A stretch of DNA of 64,000 nucleotides. Origin: an uncultured Eubacteriales bacterium. Lineage in GTDB: Bacteria; Actinomycetota; Coriobacteriia; Anaerosomatales; JAAXUF01. Shown here piece after piece: positions 58,662 to 64,000 of this stretch. The notes under the pieces are model-generated. The model ran no database searches. It saw only the letters and a list, made by a program, of their open reading frames with translations, and was not told where the DNA came from. The DNA lies in NCBI GenBank assembly GCA_964644675.1, contig CAZXWK010000001.1, positions 50,430-114,429 of the forward strand, read 5' to 3'. Numbering within the stretch: position 1 is the first letter of the stretch; every line of letters begins with the position of its first letter. The translations under genes were made by a program, and so were the position numbers.

Positions 58662-60317
58662 CTACTTTCGCCGGTAGTGCGCCGACATCGCCGAGAGGAA
58701 GTACCACGAGCCGACGCCGAGCGCGCCCGCCAGGAAGATGCGTGCGACCCAGACGAACCACTCCGGAAGCTCCGTCCGGGAGAGCAGCACCGAGAGCCCC
58801 ACGACGAACGCCGAGACGACCAGCGCGAAGGCGAGCCGGTTGGTGGCCTCCTCGAAGCGCTTGATCATCGGGTCGAAGCCCGTCGGGTGCACCGCGATGC
58901 GGAACTCGCCCTGGCCGGCGCGGCGCAGAAGGCGCACGAGCGACTCGGGGATGTCCTGGCCGATGTTGAGGATGCGGCGAACCGAGCTCGTAAGCGAGCG
59001 TGCGATCGCGCCGGGGGAGAGGCGCTCGTTGGTGATTCGCCGCGCGAACGGCGCCGTCACGGCGACGAAGTCGAACTCGGGGTCGAGCATGGTGCCGAGG
59101 CCCTCGAGGACGACGAGCGTGGTGAGGAGCAGGGCGAGCTCGGAGTCGAGCAGCAGGTGGTGGTCGCGCACGAGGTCGAGCACCTCGGTGATGAGGTCGC
59201 CCATCCGGATCTCGTGCAGCGACTTGTTGTAGTACTTGGTGATGAGGCGCGAGACCTCGCGCTCGAGCTCGTTGACGTCGATGTCGCCGGGGTTGCCCGC
59301 GCCGTTGACGAGGGTGTCCACCGCGAGCGAGGCATCGTCGTCGACGATCGCCATGAACAGGTCGGCGAGCTGGTCTCGGCCGACCTTGGAGATCGTGCCG
59401 CACCGCCCGAAGTCGGTGAACGCGACGCGCCCGTCGGGCATCGCGAAGAGGTTCCCGGGGTGCGGGTCGGCGTGGTAGAAGCCGTGCACGAAGATCTGCT
59501 CGAGGTAGCAGTAGATGCCGCGCTTTGCGAGCTGCGTGCGGTCCATCCCGGCTTCGTCGAGCAGGTCCGGGCGGTTGAATGGGATGCCCTGCATCCGCTC
59601 GAGCGTCAGGACCTTGTTGGTCGTGTACTCCCACTCCACCGCCGGGAACTTCACCGTGTCGTCGCCGGCGAACATGTCGCCGAGCCGCTCGGCGTTCTGC
59701 GCCTCGTTGATGTAGTCGAGCTCCATGCGCACCGCGCTTGCGAACTCCCCGGCGATCGCGAGCACGTCGTACGTCTCGCCGAACTCCGAGTGCGTCGCGA
59801 CGAAGCGGGCCTGGGTGACGAGGATGTCGAGATCGGTCTCGACGACGTGGTCGACGTTGGGCCGCTGCACCTTGACGACGATCTCCCGGTCCTCGCCGAG
59901 CTCGGCGCAGTAGACCTGGCCGAGAGAGGCCGCGGCGATGGGCGTGCGGTCGAACTTCGTGAACAGCTCGTCAACCGGTGCGCCGAGCTGAGACTCGATG
60001 AGCGCGAACGCCTCGTCGTCGGGGAAGGGGGCCACGTCGTCCTGGAGCTTGCGGAGCTCGTCGATGACGTCTTCGGGAATCAGGTCCGGTCGCGTCGACG
60101 CGACCTGGCCGAGCTTCACGAACGTCGGCCCGAGGCGCTCGAGCGTGTGGCGCAGGCGGACACCGAAGGGTTCAGGGCTCTCGCGCTCGGGCCGCAGGCG
60201 GCGGCCGACGGGCTGGAAGTGCCGCAGCCCGGTGACGTCGAGCAGGTTGTCGAGGCCTTCGTCGGCGAGTACGCCGACGATCTGGCGGTAGCGGTCCAGG
60301 TGCTTGTACGGAGGCAT
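58662..60317 (-). CDS. ABC1/UbiB-family atypical kinase with C-terminal TM helices
   Basis: The translation ...FVKLGQVASTRPDLIP...PIAAASLGQVY...HADPHPGNL...DFG... is an ABC1 kinase core, followed by two C-terminal TM helices. Confidence 0.85.
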   Translation of the reverse strand: MPPYKHLDRYRQIVGVLADEGLDNLLDVTGLRHFQPVGRRLRPERESPEPFGVRLRHTLERLGPTFVKLGQVASTRPDLIPEDVIDELRKLQDDVAPFPDDEAFALIESQLGAPVDELFTKFDRTPIAAASLGQVYCAELGEDREIVVKVQRPNVDHVVETDLDILVTQARFVATHSEFGETYDVLAIAGEFASAVRMELDYINEAQNAERLGDMFAGDDTVKFPAVEWEYTTNKVLTLERMQGIPFNRPDLLDEAGMDRTQLAKRGIYCYLEQIFVHGFYHADPHPGNLFAMPDGRVAFTDFGRCGTISKVGRDQLADLFMAIVDDDASLAVDTLVNGAGNPGDIDVNELEREVSRLITKYYNKSLHEIRMGDLITEVLDLVRDHHLLLDSELALLLTTLVVLEGLGTMLDPEFDFVAVTAPFARRITNERLSPGAIARSLTSSVRRILNIGQDIPESLVRLLRRAGQGEFRIAVHPTGFDPMIKRFEEATNRLAFALVVSAFVVGLSVLLSRTELPEWFVWVARIFLAGALGVGSWYFLSAMSAHYRRK

Positions 60318-60396
60318 GCGACTCCCGATCAGTCTCGGCGTGCCGTCGGAAGCGCGGCGTGCCGGCGCCGCGTTCTGGATCGTGTTCGCGGAGGCG

Positions 60397-60753
60397 CTAC
60401 TCCGCCGCGGGCGCTCCGCCCTGGGCGGCGAGCATCGCCTTGAGCTCGGCGATCTGGGCCTTCAGCTCGTCCACCTCTGACTTGGTCGCGACGCCGCTCT
60501 GCTTCAGGACCTTGTCGGTCTCCTCGGCCACGGTCTCGCGCATGGTCTCCTGCTGCTTCTCGGCGATCTCGGTGATCGTGTCGGAGACCTTCTTGGCGTC
60601 GCTCTGCGACATCTTGCCCTTCTCGATGAGGTCGCTCGTCAGGCCCTGCGTCCGCTCCTTGGTGAGCTCGAGCACGCCGATCCCGAGCAGGAACGCGTTC
60701 TCGACCAGGGCCGCAGGATCCATCGGCAGGCTTGACTTCTTCTCGTCGGCCAT
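60397..60753 (-). CDS. phasin-like / PHA-granule-regulator-like coiled-coil protein
   Basis: The start MADEKK follows GGAGGGGA. The translation ...VENAFLLGIGVLELTKERTQGLTSDLIEKG... plus a C-terminal coiled coil resembles COG3937-type phasin family proteins. Confidence 0.6.
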   Translation of the reverse strand: MADEKKSSLPMDPAALVENAFLLGIGVLELTKERTQGLTSDLIEKGKMSQSDAKKVSDTITEIAEKQQETMRETVAEETDKVLKQSGVATKSEVDELKAQIAELKAMLAAQGGAPAAE

Positions 60754-60928
60754 CGGTCCCCTCCATACGTCATCACGATCGCGGTCGGACTCACACGGAA
60801 GGTATACCCCTTGCGGGCCGCCAATCCTTTCCTGCCGATGCGATCGCACTCGACGATGGGTAGCATCACCTGAGCGCCGCGGACGGGCCGCGGCGTCAGG
60901 ACACGGACTCGGAAGGACCGGTGAGTCG

Positions 60929-61633
60929 ATGGCCGACATGACCGAGAGCGGCGTGGCGCTCGGGCTCGCACAGTTCCAGGCGAAGCACGCGCAGAACGAA
61001 GGTTCCACCGCGTGGCAGCTCGAGAGTCCCCGCACGCTCGAGATCAACCTCGCCGCCGAGAAGGTCCGCATCAAGGTGGGGGCGATGATCGCGTACCGCG
61101 GCGACCTGAAGTTCGAGCGCGCCGGTTCGGGCGGCATCTCGAAGATGATGAAGGCAGCGTTCACGAGCGAGAGCGGCCGCGCGACCGAGGTTACGGGGAC
61201 CGGCAAGCTGTACGTCGGTGACGTGGCCAAGGAGATCTCGATCCTGCAGCTCGCAGGCGAGACGTTGTTCGTGAACTCGGGCGATCTGCTCGCGTACTCG
61301 AGCTCGCTCGAGTGGGACATCGACGTCATCAAGGGTGCCGGGATGGTCGCAGGAGGGCTGTTCACGTTCAAGCTCTGGGGTAGCGGCTACGCCGCGATCA
61401 CCACGCACGGCGAGCCGCTCGTGCTGCAGGTGACGCCGGACTCGCCGCTCTTCACCGACCCTGACGCCACCGTCGCCTGGAGCGAGGGCCTGCAGGTCAG
61501 CATCAAGACCGACGTCAGCTTCAAGACGCTCACCGGCCGGGCGAGCGGGGAGACTTGGCAGATGGCGTTCACGGGCACGGGCTTCGTCGTGGTGCAGCCG
61601 TTCGAGGAGACGGTGGCGAACGCTCGGCAGTAG
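60929..61633 (+). CDS. AIM24-family (DUF124) protein
   Basis: 234 aa of beta-rich sequence (...VRIKVGAMIAYRGDLKFER...LYVGD...GGLFTFKLWGSGYAAITTHGEP...FVVVQPFE) typical of the AIM24 family. Confidence 0.7.
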   Translation: MADMTESGVALGLAQFQAKHAQNEGSTAWQLESPRTLEINLAAEKVRIKVGAMIAYRGDLKFERAGSGGISKMMKAAFTSESGRATEVTGTGKLYVGDVAKEISILQLAGETLFVNSGDLLAYSSSLEWDIDVIKGAGMVAGGLFTFKLWGSGYAAITTHGEPLVLQVTPDSPLFTDPDATVAWSEGLQVSIKTDVSFKTLTGRASGETWQMAFTGTGFVVVQPFEETVANARQ

Positions 61634-61684
61634 CTGGCGCCACCCTCGGGGGCGCCGGACGCCGGCAATCTGACGCGAACGCGA

Positions 61685-61714
61685 GGAGAGCGCCCGAGGG
61701 ACCGGGCGCTCTCC
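61685..61714. terminator. GC-rich hairpin between convergent genes
   Basis: GGAGAGCGCCC-gagggacc-GGGCGCTCTCC is an 11-bp perfect stem. A second hairpin lies at about 61635-61657. Confidence 0.5.
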
Positions 61715-61758
61715 GTGTCTTCGCGAAATGGAGCGGTGGTCGGCGGGGCTCCGCCGAG

Positions 61759-62427
61759 CTACGCCGAGCGGCGCATCGCCTGGATGCGCTGCTCGATCTC
61801 GTGGACGCGCGGGTTGTCCGCGAGCTTGGCGAGGTTGATCTGCGGCAGGCTGATCTGCGGGCGCCACGACATGACGCGTCGTACGCCGAGCACCATGACG
61901 ACGGCGACGATGCCCGCGCCGCCCAGAAGGGCCGCCGCGATGATGAGTGCGGCCTTGGTGCCGATGAGCACCTTTGAGTCGTCGCTGATGGTCGCCCTTG
62001 GGGTGAGGAGCACGCCGACGAACCCGTTGTTGACGGTGGACTCCCCGCTCAGCATCACGATGCCGCCGCCCTGGGTGACGTCGAGCTTCTTGCCGACGAT
62101 GATCGGAGCGCCCGCCTGCGTGATGTCCATGTCGTTGCCGGCGAGGACGGCGCTCGTGTAGGACTGCCGCACCGAGACGTCGCCCTTCGCGTAGACGAGC
62201 GGCGAGGCCGACGCGGTGATCGAGACGTCACCGTCGGCCTTGGTGAAGCCGATCGCGGTCCCGACCGCCTCGAGCGTGCCGGTCTGCACTGTCCCGATCG
62301 CGCTCAGGTTGGCCTGCAGCGAACCGCCTTCGATGTGGCCGGCGACGTGTGGAGCGATGTCGGGCGTCTCGAGCTTGGCCGGCTCGACCGTTTCCGGTGT
62401 CTCGGTCGTCGGGGTGTTCTCGTCCAT
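61759..62427 (-). CDS. hypothetical membrane-anchored protein with repetitive beta-strand-like N-terminal region
   Basis: 222 aa. The N-terminal acidic/Thr-Pro stretch is followed by quasi-periodic G/V/D-rich segments and one TM helix (AALIIAAALLGGAGIVAVVMVLGV). No motif was recognised. Confidence 0.5.
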   Translation of the reverse strand: MDENTPTTETPETVEPAKLETPDIAPHVAGHIEGGSLQANLSAIGTVQTGTLEAVGTAIGFTKADGDVSITASASPLVYAKGDVSVRQSYTSAVLAGNDMDITQAGAPIIVGKKLDVTQGGGIVMLSGESTVNNGFVGVLLTPRATISDDSKVLIGTKAALIIAAALLGGAGIVAVVMVLGVRRVMSWRPQISLPQINLAKLADNPRVHEIEQRIQAMRRSA

Positions 62428-62626
62428 GGGTCCCTCCCGGGATCGGTTTCGACGTGCGGGGTCGTTCTGCCCCGGTACGGATGTCTATACCCGACGCGAC
62501 GTCGCGGGTGCCCCCGTCACCCGGGCGCGCCGTCGGGTAGAATCGTGCGGTACGCCGAGAAGACCCCCGACCGTCGGGCCCGTCGTGGCCGAGACGGTCG
62601 TCTGTCGCGAACAAGGAGCACCACGC

Positions 62627-64000
62627 ATGGCGAAAGACCGTCTCGCCGAGGTCCTCGAGACCTGGGAAGCCGTCATCGGACTCGAGATCCACACCGAACT
62701 CACCACGCTGAACACGAAGATGTTCTGCGGGTGTGCGGTGGCGTTCGGTGGCGAGCCGAATACGCGCACGTGCCCGGTGTGCCTGGGCCTGCCCGGCGCC
62801 CTGCCGGTGCCCAACCAGGCCGCCATCGAGTCCACGGTGCTCGCGGGTCTCGCGACCAACTGCGAGATCGCGCGATGGAGCCAGTTCCACCGCAAGCAGT
62901 ACTTCTATCCCGACATGCCCAAGGACTACCAGATCTCCCAGTATGACCTGCCCTTCTGCGCTGACGGCTGGGTGGACGTCGAGATCGATGGGACGCTCGC
63001 CGAGGAGCGGCACGAGTACCTCTCGGCGCGCGAGGACGGTTCCGCCGGCGACGCGATCGAGATGGCGCCCGACGGCGACGGCTACTCGGCGAGGATCGGC
63101 ATCACCCGCATCCACCTCGAAGAGGACACCGGCAAGATGATCCACGTCGGTGGCAGCGAGGGCCGCATCAGCGGCGCCACCAAGTCGCTCGTCGACTTCA
63201 ACCGCGCGGGCACGCCGCTCATCGAGCTCGTCACAGAGCCGGACATCCGCACGCCGGAGGAGGCGCGCCGCTTCGCCCAGAAGCTGCGCCTCATCTGGTT
63301 GTCGCTCGGGATCTCGGATTGCAGCATGGAGGAAGGCTCGATGCGTGTGGACGCGAACGTGAGCGTCCGGCGCCGCGGCGAGACCGAGCTCGGCACCAAG
63401 GCCGAGCTCAAGAACATGAACAGTTTCAAGGCGCTGCACGACGGGCTGGTGGTCGAGATCGTGCGCCAGGTCGAGCTCATCGAGTCGGGTGGCTCGGTCG
63501 TGCAGGAGACCCGCCACTACGACGTCGCCGCACGGCGCACCAGCAGCCTCCGGAGCAAGGAAGAGGCGCACGACTACCGCTACTTCCCCGAGCCCGACAT
63601 GGTGCCGTTCGAGTTCAGCGACGAGTTCGTCGACGGCATCCGCGGCCGTCTGCCCGAGCTTCCCGACGCAAGGCGCACGCGCTTCATGACCGACTTCGGC
63701 CTGCCCGCCCACGACGCGACGGTTCTGACGAGCGACTTCGAGCTCGCGGAGTTCTTCGAGGCCGCGGTCACCATCGGCGGGCCGGAGCGCGCCAAGGCCA
63801 TCAGCAACGTGATGCTCAACGACCTCTCGGCGTACCTGAACGCCGAGGGCATCGCGGTCACCGAGTCGCGCATCGTGCCGAGCATGGTCGCTGAACTCGT
63901 CGAACTGGTCGACGACGGCGTGATCAGCGGCAAGCAGGCCAAGGAGGTCTTCTCGGAGATGGCTGCCTCCGGCGACGCGCCCGGCGCGATCGTCGAGCTC
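62627..64000 (+). CDS. gatB: Asp/Glu-tRNA amidotransferase subunit B (3' end outside window)
   Basis: ATG follows AAGGAG. The translation WEAVIGLEIHTEL...CPVCLGLPGALP...QYFYPDMPKDYQISQ...ITRIHLEEDTGK...VDFNRAGTPLIE... is typical of GatB. The frame is open to the window end. Confidence 0.9.
   Translation, partial: MAKDRLAEVLETWEAVIGLEIHTELTTLNTKMFCGCAVAFGGEPNTRTCPVCLGLPGALPVPNQAAIESTVLAGLATNCEIARWSQFHRKQYFYPDMPKDYQISQYDLPFCADGWVDVEIDGTLAEERHEYLSAREDGSAGDAIEMAPDGDGYSARIGITRIHLEEDTGKMIHVGGSEGRISGATKSLVDFNRAGTPLIELVTEPDIRTPEEARRFAQKLRLIWLSLGISDCSMEEGSMRVDANVSVRRRGETELGTKAELKNMNSFKALHDGLVVEIVRQVELIESGGSVVQETRHYDVAARRTSSLRSKEEAHDYRYFPEPDMVPFEFSDEFVDGIRGRLPELPDARRTRFMTDFGLPAHDATVLTSDFELAEFFEAAVTIGGPERAKAISNVMLNDLSAYLNAEGIAVTESRIVPSMVAELVELVDDGVISGKQAKEVFSEMAASGDAPGAIVEL

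Overview
Very GC-rich (by eye, not computed), densely coding chromosomal segment of about 58 protein genes. I saw no rRNA, tRNA, CRISPR array or obvious mobile element. Gene content and order look Actinomycetota-like: guaB3-guaA, ligA-x-gatCA-x-gatB, and a PhoR/PhoP-type pair divergent from pstSCAB. Several genes suggest an anaerobic lifestyle: MetV-MetF, an Isf-type iron-sulfur flavoprotein, and multihaem cytochromes. Housekeeping content includes GMP synthase, a D-Ala-D-Ala carboxypeptidase, chorismate mutase plus type I-beta DAHP synthase, PcrA, a CBS-type family II pyrophosphatase, NhaA, threonine synthase, an activation-domain-less MetH with MetV/MetF, LpdA, LipA, LigA and GatCAB. The most unusual content is a minus-strand operon at 39.2-46.5 kb whose three genes overlap at their junctions. 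Its first gene encodes a ~1150-aa secreted adhesin-like protein whose last ~180 aa form an exosortase/archaeosortase-type membrane domain with ordered Cys, Arg and His candidates. That domain is preceded by a sorting-signal-like segment (short motif, TM helix, RSRRK). The next two genes encode a processive family-2 glycosyltransferase (QRVRW motif) and a GT-C-fold membrane protein with a large soluble C-terminal domain. An LtaS-family gene lies convergent to the operon. This resembles, but goes beyond, the poorly understood Gram-positive XrtG neighbourhood. Other accessory items are a ~1026-aa secreted multihaem cytochrome c (7 CXXCH plus CX4CH and CX3CH) with Ig-like C-terminal domains, and a second octahaem cytochrome next to an Isf-like flavoprotein and a PadR regulator. 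There are also an amicyanin-like cupredoxin lipoprotein, a 2x[4Fe-4S] ferredoxin fused to a CPBP intramembrane protease in a ligA-coupled gene chain, and a ferritin-like-GGDEF diguanylate cyclase. All functional calls rest on motif and sequence recognition by eye. No database search or folding computation was run.
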